64,000 bases of DNA from Eledone cirrhosa (lineage: Eukaryota). Made by a program: the position numbers and the translations under genes. The stretch lies in the NCBI GenBank assembly GCA_964016885.1, contig OZ024743.1, positions 189,534,001 to 189,598,000 on the forward strand. Direction: 5' to 3'. Position 1 is the first letter of the stretch. Every line of letters starts with the position of its first letter. Under the pieces are notes generated by a model that did not search any database, was not told the DNA's origin, and worked only from the letters and a program-made list of their open reading frames with translations. This document shows, piece by piece, positions 40,122-53,499 of the stretch.

Positions 40122-40210
<89 letters not shown>
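38921..40210. repeat. ~1.3-kb compound (TA)n satellite with recurring catacgtatatatacat unit
   Basis: Direct inspection; explains the spurious YI-repeat ORFs. Confidence 0.95.
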
Positions 40211-40213
<3 letters not shown>

Positions 40214-41192
40214 GTTTACATATACATAAAGTTATATATATATATATGTTGCAACCGGTCACTTTTAAGCTCTATGAAGAATTAATAAATTAAATAATCA
40301 GAGCAATATATCATAAATCATGTCCTTAGAATTATTAGATAAAATATATACTATTTCCTCTTCTAATTAGCATAATTAACCATATAAAAAATCAATTAGA
40401 CCAAGCTATTAGAAGAAAGGCTCTTATGAAGAAATCTCCGACAAATAACTGAAAGTGGCCTCTTCGCGGCGGCCGCAATAGATTATTTATCCAACATTTC
40501 AACGGCATGTAGAAACTGACTAAATATATCATCAACCATACACAATTAGTTGTAAAATTAAACTTAGAAGAAATGTGTACATACCGTAATTATATCTCTA
40601 CCATGGTTTCATCCGTATTTTTAGAGATCCAAATAATCGGAATGTCTTGAGTTAGGATTGATCAGGAGACAAACTCAAAATCAGACATCTAGTTTTCTAA
40701 CCCGATTGCGCCAAAATTAGATTAAAAAATGGTTAAGAATCGCTATGTGGATGTGGTCAAGCTAGAAAGAATGTGATTGGTTGCTTACGGCGGGTAGGCT
40801 TGCTGCTAGAAAGCGCAGCCAAATATCGCCAAATTGAATCTCAAGCTAACGGGAGATTATTAAATATAAAGGTTTACATATACATAAAGTTATAGATATA
40901 TATATGTTGCAACCGGTCACTTTTAAGCTCTATGAAGAATTAATAAATTAAATAATCAGAGCAATAAATCATAAATCATGTCCTTAGAATTATTAGATAA
41001 AATATATACTATTTCCTCTTCTAATTAGCATAATTAACCATATAAAAAACCATATAAAAAATCAATTAGACCAAGCTATAAGAAGAAAGGCTCTTATGAA
41101 GAAATCTCCGACAAATAACTGAAAGTGGCCTCTTCGCGGTGGAAATAGTATATATTTTATCTAATAATTCTAAGGACATGATTCATGATATA

Positions 41193-41194
<2 letters not shown>
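40205..41194. mobile_element. Family-D non-coding element: partial tandem (period 658 bp) plus inverted fragment, PLE pLTR-like
   Basis: 40205-40468 is similar to 40863-41139; 41141-41192 is the reverse complement of 40306-40358; TA-flanked. Confidence 0.7.
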
Positions 41195-41230
<36 letters not shown>

Positions 41231-41231
<1 letters not shown>

Positions 41232-41730
41232 GAGCTGATAAATTCCGACCTCACACGCTTACACCTCTCCAAGACAATGTCACTGGACCGAGACCTTTGG
41301 CGGTACTCAGTAATAGAGAAGACCCGCCTTACCTAAATACAAAGTAAAAACCTACTACAGTCAGTAGGCACCTCTATCAAAACACACCCCCGTCCCACCA
41401 CCTCCACCCCACCCACACCGCCCCTTTCAATGTAAAGTTATGTTGGTCCCACAACATCCAGGCCGAAACAAATGAGATCGTGTAGGTGTCACGACAAAAA
41501 ACACACAGTCCACGCTGTAAATGTGGCCGTGTAGGCAACACGGTAAAAACCTCCCAGCCCCACACTGTAAATGTGGTTGGTGTTAGGAAGGGCATCCAGC
41601 TGTAGAAAACCCGCCAGACAGTCCTATGCGAGCAAGACAACCACTCTTGCCTCAAGTGGGAAAACCCCCGTCCAAACCCATGCAAGCGTGGAACACGGAC
41701 GCTAAACCTGATGATGATGATGATGATGAT
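41231..41730 (+). mobile_element. 5'-truncated young RTE copy (3' end) inserted in (TA)n
   Basis: ELINSDLTRLHLSKTMSLDRDLWRYSVIEKTRLT* plus 3' UTR and (GAT)n; highly similar to the reverse complement of 16162-16663. Confidence 0.95.
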
Positions 41731-43597
41731 ATATATTATTTTAAGTGTAATATATATGCTGCTAATGTCCATGTTCCAGTACGTATTGTTTATGGGGATA
41801 TAACCCATGCATACATGGTTTGGAGTGGGATATATTTTGAGGCAGATTTATGTGTAATATATATATATACATGTGTGTATGTGTGCGTGTGTATTTGTAG
41901 AAACCTTGCAAGAAATATATTTGTTCTCATTCTAATAAATTGATTAGAAAAGTGACATATTTCTTCTCCTGTAATTAATTTTTAATATTTAATTTACTTT
42001 CAACATCATCTTTGAATCCCTCAAGCAGGATGTTTCATCACTTCATGTCACCTTTAGTGCAATATGTTTCAGTAAATGTATTAGCTATATTAATTATACT
42101 ATCTTCATCATCAATTTTACATATGCTTTTGCCATGCATACATGGTTTGGAGTGGGATATATTTTGAGGCAGATTTACTATATATCTCCTTCTTGACGAC
42201 AACTCATATTTTATTTTAAGTGTAATATATATGCTGCTAATGTCCATGTTCCAGTACGTATTGTTTATGGGGACATAACCCATGACACAGCAGGCTGTTT
42301 ATAAATGATGTTGATATTTTGCAATGACTGGCACACATATGCACACATGTGGGTGGGTGTTAATGAATCTTTAAATCAACATTATCCTCATTACCACCGC
42401 CATCCATAAAGATGTTACTCTATTTTTTTACTTCTGCTAAGTGTTCTCTTCTACTTCTGTTCCCCTATCATCTTCCTCCTCTTTCACCTCTGATACTGCT
42501 ATTGGCATCTCTATTTCCTCTTTCTCCTACTCCTCCCCCCTCTCTATCTCTCTCTTCCTTTCTTCTTCAGTATCATTCTCCTTCATTGTTATCATCTTAT
42601 ATCTATCACAATAATAATCATCACCATTGTCTTCATCAATCAAAAGAAAGATGTTAAGGTATCAGCTGGAAAGTGTTAAACGACAAATCTGATTAATTAA
42701 GCAACAGCAAGCATTAAAATTCATTTCAATTTTAGCATTTGTAGTTGAGTATTGCCCACCTTCCCTCTCCTCATAAATCCTGATTAGCAAATCTATGGTT
42801 TAACAGATGCCAACCATAAAACACCCATTTCTTAAGAGTATCTATGACTATATTATCTTGTGTATTTTTTCTTTTCTAAAATGGTAGGATCTCATTTTTG
42901 ACATGACTAATAACCATATATAAACTACATCATTGGCTAGAATTGTTTTTTATGCTAAAATGGTTTATTGAATTTGAAATTCAGCCACAGTCCAAGAATT
43001 CTGATCTATAAAATATTTCTTCTGTTGACAAGCTGTATTGAATTTTGATCAAATATTTCCTTCTGGCAAAACCAACTAGTAGGAATCCCATGGGTATACC
43101 TCGAGCAAGATGATTGGATAACATCCATGAGATTGGCTGGTCTCACCTGGGGATACAGCCAGATCAACTAGAGATGGGTGCTTCTGATACGACACACTGG
43201 AAGGAGTACTTGAGGACTCTACCCACATGATGCTCCCAGGAATAATGGGAGAAGGAAGAAGAGGGGGAGGAGGAGGAGGAGAAGAAGAAGAAGTTATTTT
43301 TTTAGTATTATTCATATCACCTCTACTTTAAATTATCACTACATTGTGTAAATATGTAAATATTTTCATTCAGTGTTTAAATTTCATGTCAACCTTTTCT
43401 TCCCTGCTTTTGAGCCCTCGGCTCGTTTTGGTGTCATCATAACATACAGCAAATCTTTGCCATTTTTAACCTGGCAAAGACCATCCATCTGCAAGTCTGA
43501 CCATTCAGCCAATTTCTTTTCGCATGAGGGGGGCAGGTCAGCAACATCAGTCTATAAATAGATTGATGCTTACTTTTTGAAGTCATTATTGTTAGTG

Positions 43598-43774
43598 GGT
43601 TGGCAGTATCGGTAGAGGGTCGGACACCATGCTTTCCAGCATAGTTACGTCCCTTTACGATCTGAGTTCAAATCCCGCCGAGGTTGACTTTGCCTTTCAT
43701 CCTTACGGGGTCGATAAAATAAAGTACCAGTAATGCACTGGGTAATTGCTGGCCTTGTGCCTAAAGTATAAACA
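43598..43774 (+). mobile_element. Nin/Deu-domain-type tRNA SINE
   Basis: A box tggcagtatcgg, B box gagttcaaatcc, core gcctttcatccttacggggtcgataaaataaagtacc; TSD attattgttagtg. Confidence 0.85.
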
Positions 43775-44803
43775 ATTATTGTTAGTGTTATTGTTGTTGT
43801 TGCTGTTTTTCTATTTTGTTTAGGATAAGTTAAACTTTGTAGACATACAGGATGAGGCTGAGGTGTTATGTTATTAAAATGATTATTATTATAATCATGA
43901 TCATGATCATGATAATCAATATCATCATCATCATCATCATCTTTATTATTATTATGCCTCCTACTATTTGTATTCAATTAATGTTGATTTCTTACTTGAG
44001 TTCTTGATTCTGAATTTCAGCTTAAGGTATTTTGTTGTTTATCAAGATATATTTCTTTCTAGTTCTTCCATCTTTCCTTCCTTTATTATATTCTTTTTAT
44101 AAAATCTATTAAGTTATTTGTCAACAAAATCAAACGAATTTAAGTCATGTTTCAATTTTAAAAAAATAGAAGAGATATATGAAAGAACATCAACAATAAA
44201 TTAATGCTATAAACAGTCATGATATTCTGATATCAAAAGCCTGCACCTATCTCATCATTAAAATATCATCTTTACCATTACAACTACCATCTTTACAATC
44301 ATCATCACCATTGTTATCATTGTTGTTGCTGTCATCATGGCGATCAACATGTAAGTTTTCAACATTAGTTAGTATATATCTACTATAAAGAAAGAAGCGT
44401 GAATGTTTTAAACAATTCAGTTATTTTTAAGAAATAAACAACAATTATTACTGCTATTATCATCGTTATAGTTTGGCTTGAAAGTGTCCTCACTTTTAAT
44501 AAATGGCAGTTACTACACCTTTTGTGGTTGGTTTTTTTTTTTTACAAAGAGGATTCGTATACTCAATTAACACCTGATGAAACTGGGATAAAGTCCACTT
44601 TGATGAACCTGAAGAGACCCTTGACTTATGGGTATCTTTGTGTGTTTCCTGCCAATATGCATTTTAATCTGCTTTTTTTCTTTTGTCTGATTTTATATTT
44701 TCCTTCATTTATCGTATTTGTACACAACATGTTACGTTGTTTTTTTTCTCTATAAAATTCAGGGTAAATGATATCATACAAACACCTGAAGACATAGATA
44801 ATA

Positions 44804-44986
44804 ATTGTTTCTACATTTGGCACAAGGCCACCAATTATCCAGTACATTACTGGTACTTTATTTTATCGACCCTGTAAGGATGAAAGGCAAAGTTAACCTT
44901 GGCGGGATTTGAACTCAGATCGTAAAGGGACGTAACTATGCTAGAAAGCATGGCGTCCGACTCTCTATCTATACTGCCAATCCACC
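44804..44986 (-). mobile_element. Nin/Deu-domain-type tRNA SINE
   Basis: Close inverted paralogue of 43598-43774. Confidence 0.85.
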
Positions 44987-45579
44987 GAAGACAAAAATAA
45001 TAATGATTTCTAACTTAGACATGAGGTTAGCAAATTTGGCGAAAGGACAAAGTTAATTAAACTAGACTGGTGTTATATTTAATGACCACAGAAGAATGAA
45101 AGGCAAAATTGACCTTGGTGAGATTTGAACTCAGAAAGTAAAGAGTCAAAACAAATAATGTCTGACAATCTATTGACTGTGCCAATTCTCTACTTTCAAG
45201 ACAGATATAATAATAGCCACAATCTCATGTGCAAAAATAATAATTTCCATAACATGAATAACAAGCTTGTGCAAGGTCATTTGACCTGCTAACATAACTC
45301 TAATCTCTTTGAAATCATACCCTATCATCTTACAATCGAACACATGAGATGATATACATTGTTCCTAGATATACTAATTATGAAAGAAAGATGGGGTGGT
45401 GATAGCCAGGACAACTTTGATCTTTAAGTTTTACTCAATCAGAAAGAAACTGGAGCAGTTTCTTCTCCTTATCTTCCTCACCAACACCAATCATTATCAT
45501 CATCAGCATCATCAAAAATATCAACAACAACAACAAAAGTAGCAACATTATTAACTCTGTCTCTTCTTCTTCGCCCACA

Positions 45580-45980
45580 TATTCCATAACTCATTCTGAC
45601 AACTGGGGGCTTGTGAGTACCCCCACTCCCCTTGTGCAGACTTTTCTGGCATCACACCAGAATAGGGGAGTTTCTTGCTTCAATCCAAAGCTACAGTACC
45701 AGAGCCACAGAACTTTGTTGAGGAAACCCCCTACTATCTAGTTGATAGCATCTAGTCTCCTCTACTAGTTTTTGCTTCTTGCCTGTAAGGGTTGTAACAT
45801 TCCAGTTACTAATTGTCAAGGTTTCCCCCCTTCCAGATCCTCCCTGCCAGTTCTTGCAGCATTGGATGGTGACTGCAATATATTTCCTACATAAGGCCTG
45901 AATGCATCCCATATTATCCTGCACAAAGACAATGTGGTTGGATGCCTTTACTGTTTCTAGCCACATTGCAATATATTAGT
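45580..45980 (-). pseudogene. APE N-terminal fragment of another LINE
   Basis: TLTISNWNVTTLTGKKQKLVEETRCYQLD. Confidence 0.55.
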
Positions 45981-46535
45981 GGTCTCATTCATGCCAGACA
46001 CCAATTTGGAACTTTCTCAGACCCACAAACTTGGTTTTACTAGCTTCCTCATGGATACATCATTGGGCTGAGAGCTAACAGTGTCCCCCATTTCTCCACT
46101 CCCCTAATAATTTACCAGGGCTGCTTATAAACCAGGCAGCAGCCTACTTATATCTCAACTAACTATAATATCTGGTGTCCAAATTGTTATCTGACACATG
46201 CGACCCATTCTCTAGCAGAACAGTTCTGCCAAGAACACCTTGGAATTTACCTCTGTCTCAGAATGAAATATTAATTCCTAAATCTGTAGGAAATAGATGC
46301 AGCCCATCAAATTAGCACTCAGAATATGACTAGTACCTACTTTATTTACACCCTTCAAGTATAAAAAGATTTGAGCTCAGAATGTACAGATTATGAAACT
46401 AAATAATACTTATTTTTGGCAATTCACATTTCAATGAGAAATGTTTATTGCTTTTGTTGTTTTTCAGCCCCAAGTTCTCTTAAACTGACCTTGATTTAAA
46501 TAAAGATTGTATCATGATAGTAGATTCAAATTTCT

Positions 46536-48650
46536 CAGAATAAGATCTTGAATGGAGAAGAGAGATTGCCAAAATGGCTCACTTTTTGGAGAATGATCTT
46601 GTGTTTGATGGACTCTGCAATGGAAATGCAGTTGGCAACTTCACACCTATATCTTGTTTCCTTCTTATGTGGGAACTTATGACAGGTGTCACAGCTGAGA
46701 TACAGAGGAGATACTACTTGCAGAGCAGAAGGGATGTAGGAGAAGAAGCAAGGGGACAAAGAATCAATTGTTGATTTATAAGGTGATCCTTAAAGATTGT
46801 AAAGGGAGACACAAGTCTTGCCATGGTCTGGATCGATTACCACAAGGCTTATGACATGGTGCCACATAGTTGGATAGTAGAATGTTTGAAAATCTTTGAT
46901 ACTGCAGCTAACGTTAGGCAGTTTCTGGTGAGCTGTATGGATGGTTGGGAGACTGAAGTGACATCATCTCGACAAACATTGGGAGTTGTGAAGATCAAGA
47001 AAGGAATATTTCAGGGAGACAGTCTTTCACACTTGCTGTTTTTACTGTGTATGGTTCCACTTTCATTTGTGTTGAGTAGGTCAAATGCTAGTTATCAGTG
47101 GGGAGGATGCAAGTTTAAAATAAACCACTTGCTGTTCATAGATGATGTAAAATTTTATGGAAAATCCTAGGAACATATTTATTCCTTTGTACAGACAGTT
47201 CATACATTCTGTATGGATATAGGAATGGAATTTAGCATTAAAAAATGTGGGCTTCTACTGCTGAAGCGAAGTAAAATTAATAAGATGGAAGGAATTGAAT
47301 TATCAGATGGACAAGTTATGAAAGAAATTGATGACAACAGGTATAGGTACTTAGGCATAATGAAAACAAACCAAATGAAAGAACTATTATCAAAGAAATA
47401 TAAACAGAGACTGAAGTTGGTGTTAAAGATGAAGTTAAGTGGTAGAAATAAGATACTGGCTATCAACACACAGGCTGTTGCAGTGCTAAGGTATAGCACT
47501 GGTGGGATAGAGTGGAGATGTGATGAACTTAAGGAGCTTGATAAAAATACCAAGAAAATGATAAAACTACAAGGGACTCTACACCCCAAAAGTGACGTGA
47601 ACATGTATCTCCCACAACAGGGAAGAAGAAAGGGTCTCATAGGCTCTGAAATGTGTGTGAAGACCAAGGAAAATAATCTGGCATGACATGTTATGAGTTC
47701 AAAGGAGAAATTGATGGCATGAATAAGAAAGATAAAGGTCCTAAGCAGTGATGAAACAGAAGAAAGGCAGACAAAATGACACCTTGCCTAGATGAAAAAA
47801 ATAAATGAATGGTCAATTCTTGCTTGAAATGCCTGAGGCAGTTGAAAAAGATAAGAACTGGAAATGAACTTGAAAATGTGACTTGAAAGTTAAAACTGAA
47901 GCCCTTTTTTTTTTGCAGCACAGGATCAGTAACTGAGAACAAACTATATCAAGTTCAATATTGATATATGACTGAATTCCTCAATTTGTAGGTGATGTGG
48001 TGAGAAAGCTGAAACAATAAACCACATTATTAACAAATGTAAGATGCTTGCACAGAAAGAGTAGAAGCGAAGATATGACAATTTGCCAGATTCATTCATT
48101 GGATTCTCTGTCATAAGTATGACATGAACAGGAGTGAGAAATGTTATGTGCACCAGCCGGGAAGAGTTGCTGAAAATGAACAGTATAAAATCTTGTGGCA
48201 AATAACCATCCAGTGTGACCATCTTATGATGGCTAGAAAACCTGAAATTGTTGTTGTAGAAAAGAAGAATAACAAGGAAATGATCGTGGATATTGCTTCA
48301 CCATGGCATCATAGGATGAATGAGAAAGATAAGAAATACCAGGAGCTGAAGAAGGAAAAACAGGAAACTGTGGAGAATCAGACACGTAGAAGTGGTACCA
48401 ATTGTAGTTGGTGGACTGGGAGCCATTAGTAAAAGGTTAGATGAATGTCTTGAGAAACTAGGAATTACCATCAGGCTGGGATTATTGCAGAAAATAGTCT
48501 TGATAGGAACTGCAAGGAGTACAACGAGGGTGTTCGAAAGTGGAAGGTAAAGAACACACCTAAATGATCTTTGCCTATTGGCTATGGCTTGCTCAGATAT
48601 TATGGTTTTGGTATAACTTCTACCAGAGAAAAAGCATTACAAATGGCAAT
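46536..48650 (+). pseudogene. Decayed R4/Dong-type LINE (RT, CCHC knuckle, restriction-like endonuclease)
   Basis: [65 protein letters not shown]...IVDIASP. Confidence 0.9.
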
Positions 48651-49203
48651 AATTGTTTCTAATTTCACAAGTACAGTAATTTAGGGGAGGGTGAAAAATG
48701 ATTATATCAATCCATTGCATTACTGGTACGTTATTTTATTGTCCCCATAAGGAGGAAAGGCAAAGCTAACCTCAACAGGATCTGAAATCTATGCAGCAAA
48801 ACAAGATGGCTGGCGTTCTATCAATACTATCAATCCACTGCATTTACAAATGACAATAATCATAATAATATATTGAGGAGAAGGATGGTGATAAGCTATC
48901 AGAGTTTGTTTTATTCAACGAAATTTGTTTGGCATAAGTAAAACAGTCTTATGAATGCTGTCTTCCATTTCTCTCAAGACTTGGAAAATCTTCACAAATA
49001 CGAAAATACAGACAAACATATTTAAGTAGTGCTTTCTGTTTAAATAATTAGTCACATTCAAAATTACAATTTTGTCATCTAAACCCTTTAGAATTTACAT
49101 TACTCTATATTTACTATTGTATTTTCATGGTAAAGACTTTATCTCACATAATTATCTCACAAAATATCGAAGCTACAAAATTTTGATATTATTTATTTTG
49201 AGA

Positions 49204-49318
49204 TCTGAGTTCAAATCCCGCCGAGGTTAACTTTGCCTTTCATCCTTATGGGGTCGATAAAATAAAGTACCAGTAATACACTGGGTAATTTTCTGGCCTT
49301 GTGCCAAAAGTAGAAACA
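49204..49318 (+). mobile_element. 5'-truncated Nin-type SINE nested in a piggyBac-like MITE (~49080-49428)
   Basis: TSD attatttattttgaga at 49188-203 and 49319-334. Confidence 0.8.
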
Positions 49319-52300
49319 ATTATTTATTTTGAGAACACTACCTTAACATTGGTATGAGCAGCCAATTATGCCTAGTTTGAACAGAAAGGGGTGAGAGGAT
49401 TCTGGCCTATTTAAATGTTAAAGGGTCAATGTTCTTTTTCTCTTTATTAAAGACTCCTATATGGTGTTCTATGTACTAGAGATCATTGATAGGACAGCTA
49501 GAGGTTAAAATATGCAAGAAGTAAACAAATTCAAAGCTAATATCTGCTCTACTTCAAACCCAATCATCACAAAATTATCTGGTTCATGCACTTTCTACAT
49601 TCTAAATGTTAATACTAATATAGGTATGGCTTCATACTGTCCATAAATATAAATATCTGTTTAACAGGCATAATCTTAAAGTTAACTTTAGGTGTACTGC
49701 AAACAAGCATGCGTAGCTGTTGAATGGATCCTGCAATACAGAGGCTTTCACATATGAAGTAGAGGTTACATCAACAATACAAAGTTCTTTATTTCATGGT
49801 TATACCTGTGTTTATTTGACTATTCAATTAAGTTTGAATTGTTTTACAGATTGCAATTATACACCTGAAATGTCATGAATGTGTTTATACATTTTTGAAT
49901 TTGGAGGTTTTTATTTTATTTTTTGTTAATCTCCAGATGCGATCTCTGATGTAAGTTAAAACTAGCTACCAACACTGCTTTTAAAAATGTGTTAGATCTT
50001 TATTGATTCAATAGACAAATAAGATTATATCAGTATACTTTCATTACAGCAGTTCTTTCATCTTTTTTCAATTTAGTCTGATAGAGAAGAATTTTGTGGT
50101 TCTATGTGTCCCACAAGCTGCCTGCTTGTGTTCTAAATATGATTGCAAACATCTTTGCACGTAATAAACTTGTTTAATGCAGAGGCAAAGATTCTTTTGT
50201 TGTATACACCTGGGTCCATTATTCACAATTTTTCGATGAATGAAGATAAATTTTTTTGAACAATGAACAAACAATAGTTGAAATATTATAAATATTATTA
50301 AATACAAGATAGATTATCTACTATTTTTCCATTGTTTAAATTTTATTTTATTTTATTTCATTTTTTTGTTTTAGATTTTTTGTGAAGAACATAAGTAGTT
50401 TGAAAAAATAACTTTATTCTTACAAAATAGAGATGAATACTGAACTTGGATATAACAAAATTATATTAGAAGACAAAATTAAACACCTTTCTCTTGAAAA
50501 TGTATCAAGTTTATTCAAATTCTTTGTTATTCAACATTCAACTTAGAATTACTTTTGTGCTTCAAGATCTGTTGACTGGCAAACTTGATAAAAGAAAAAA
50601 GGTTTTACCATTAGATGTTCTGAGTTCAAATCCTACTTAGATCAACTTTACTTTTCATCTCTTTAAGGCTAAGCTTTTAATTCTCTGTTCTGTTATTTAT
50701 TCTGTTCCAATGTTGGATACAAACAAGTAAGATGTTGCCCAATCGATGACTCAGTCTGACATTGGAGGTATAATTGTCTTCAACATATTTGACCAGAGAG
50801 GCTAATAACAAAATCAAAATTAGCCAGGTCCAAAGGCTCTGTTTCAAACCATGTGGATTCTGATAACTGGAAACAGAATTTAAACTCGGATGGTAAAGAA
50901 CTGGAGCAGATGCCACAAGGCATCCTGTCTAATGCTCCAACTACTTCAACAATTTACTGCTTTTTGCTGGTAATTTAAAGATCTTTGAAAAGACGAACAG
51001 CTTTGTTGATTTCAATGGGATGTGAGCTCAGTTTGCAGAGAACCAGATCAGGTATTTCAATGCCTTCTATCTGACACCCTATTGCCAATTTGTTTTGCAT
51101 TATGGCAGATAAACTATGCACAAATAATATGCAAGGAAAGAATCAATGAGCTATATATTTTCCTACAAAATTATATGCTATTTCTTGCAAAAGAAAAAAA
51201 AAACAGGGAACTTCTACAATGCTGCTTGACTAGATATCTTTTAAAAAAGGAATGCATTAAATAATTTATTCAGTTAAAAAAATAAATGTTCACAGTCTTA
51301 GATAATTGGTCGGCTCATTTAGGGTTATGCTGGGATTAAACAACAATGACAGTCAATATTTATGTGAATGAGAAGCTGAGATATTTTAGTTTTTATAACA
51401 AAAGCATTCACAAGGAAACACTAGATTTCATGAAATTTGGCAAATTGGCAGAATTATTAGAACATTAGACAAAATAATTTGCTGTATTTAGTCTGGATCA
51501 TTACATTCTGAGAATGAAAGAATAAGTGGTAAAATTGCTTGCAACTACCTGTCAAGATGGTGCATTTTTTAAATGTCCCATGAAAATTTTATGACAAGGA
51601 TATAGTGCTTGTCAACAAAGTCACAAGAGGTCGTTCCTTCATATTTGGTTTCTCATTGATGTATTTATCTTTCCATTCATTGGTTAACTATTAAATTGTT
51701 TTCCAAAGTTATTAGCTTCATGTTCACAACTAACATCCATTAAGAAGGTGTCTTGGATTATTTGCATAACCTTATCAAAACAGCTATCTAAATTCTTTCA
51801 AATTACACTCCATCATCTTAAAGAGAAAAGGATACACAAATAAAAGAGTTCCAGAGCCCTCCTAAAGATGGAGTCAGTCATAACTAAGATACATTGATTA
51901 TAAGTCTACTTCATCAGAAACACCCTGGGGCTAAATAGCAGCAGGGACTCATATCCATTGAAACTGTTGTTTGTACATCAAAGGTGCTTACCCACAACCT
52001 ATACAAAGACAATGTCAATGAGGCAGTGTCTGTATGGTCACTTGACTTACTTGTAATAGAAGCCAAATCTTCTTTGAATCACACCCAACTATTTCTTTTT
52101 TTTTAATGGAAGAAAACTTTTATAATCTATCATAAATACTCATTGTCTACTCTCCCCCAAAACGTCATAGTGGTCATGGGTGTCACATCTTTGATTACAC
52201 ATCTGTTCAGTCAAGGCTCACTTACTTTTAATAAACAATAACAACAATAAGCATTATTACATTAAGTGTATTTCTCTCTTTAATGTCCAAGCATTCAACA

Positions 52301-52783
52301 CAACAATGTAATTGCGATATTAATTAGCCTGATCTCTCAGAAGGATTATCTTCCCTCGTGTGTCATCAGTATACAATCATTAAAATTCTTACATGCAGTA
52401 ATTAGTATAACACATAATTAATGACTGAATCTATATTAGAATGAAAGATGACACTATATTAATTAAGAGTCTGGCATAATCATAACAAAATCACATTAAC
52501 ATGACCATCATATGGGTAGACAGAGCAGTTAACGTAATTCCCATACACTTCTGAAATTATAACACTGCTCTTACATAATTTTACTTTTTACTCAAACACT
52601 AGATGTCTGCTGCTGCATTTTCACTTTAATTCACATTATACACTATTATATTCTCACATGTGTGTCTATGTATGTATATATATGCATGTGCTCATATGTG
52701 TTTATAAATACATATACATGGGGTGTCAAGAGTTTCCATATATATATATATATGCCATGTCTTTGACACAGCTAAAGAGTACT

Positions 52784-52833
<50 letters not shown>

Positions 52834-53499
52834 AGTACTCTTCAGGTGTGTCAAAGACATGGAAGCATCTTAAAGTCACTAACTATTACATTATGATGGG
52901 AGGCACATTCCTCACTAGGGAGAGACTTTGAGGTTTTATAACTTTATCTCATCTTCTGGTGAGGATATAATCTGTTTGCCTGGTGTGCTCACCTGATTTA
53001 TAAATGACCAAGTGTTTGTTTTTTTTTATTTGTATTATAGATAATTCCTCATTTGTTGTGCTAAAGCCAAAACTTGATGGACCCCACAGAAGACTGTTTC
53101 CGAACAGGCCCATCAAATTCACCTACTATGCTTATTAGTTCCTCATCACTAGTTAGGGAAGTAGTCTGCATTATTTTGCATGCAGTATCAGTCATACTCT
53201 GTTCAGCGGAAATCAAAGGCTTATTTTAAGACCTGGATTTAGTCAGGTGACCCCTACCTAGAGTTCCTTCTTGACCAGTTCGTGCTTCAAGTGTAAAGAA
53301 GTATCCATCCAAATTTTTGTGATAAAGAATTCATTACAATGCATGAAAATTTAATTTTAAATATATCAAATTAGTTTTAGAATGTTATATAAAGAAGTAA
53401 ACTTGCCCTATTTATTTGAAATTACTATGTTTTCCGAGCTATATTCAATGATATTAGAAAATCCAGAGGATTGGAATGCTTCAGAATAAGCATAAGCAA

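Noticed and set aside
38815-40285. Six long ORFs of 373-485 aa (YIYI repeats)
   Set aside because: Artefacts of stop-free (TA)n satellite translation
44570-44635. ctgatga and ctgaaga motifs followed by short hairpins
   Set aside because: No correctly placed GAAA-stem III-UH
53085-53160. Minus-strand gtgatgagg...ggaaacagtc
   Set aside because: C3 is lost and there is no stem I; too degenerate
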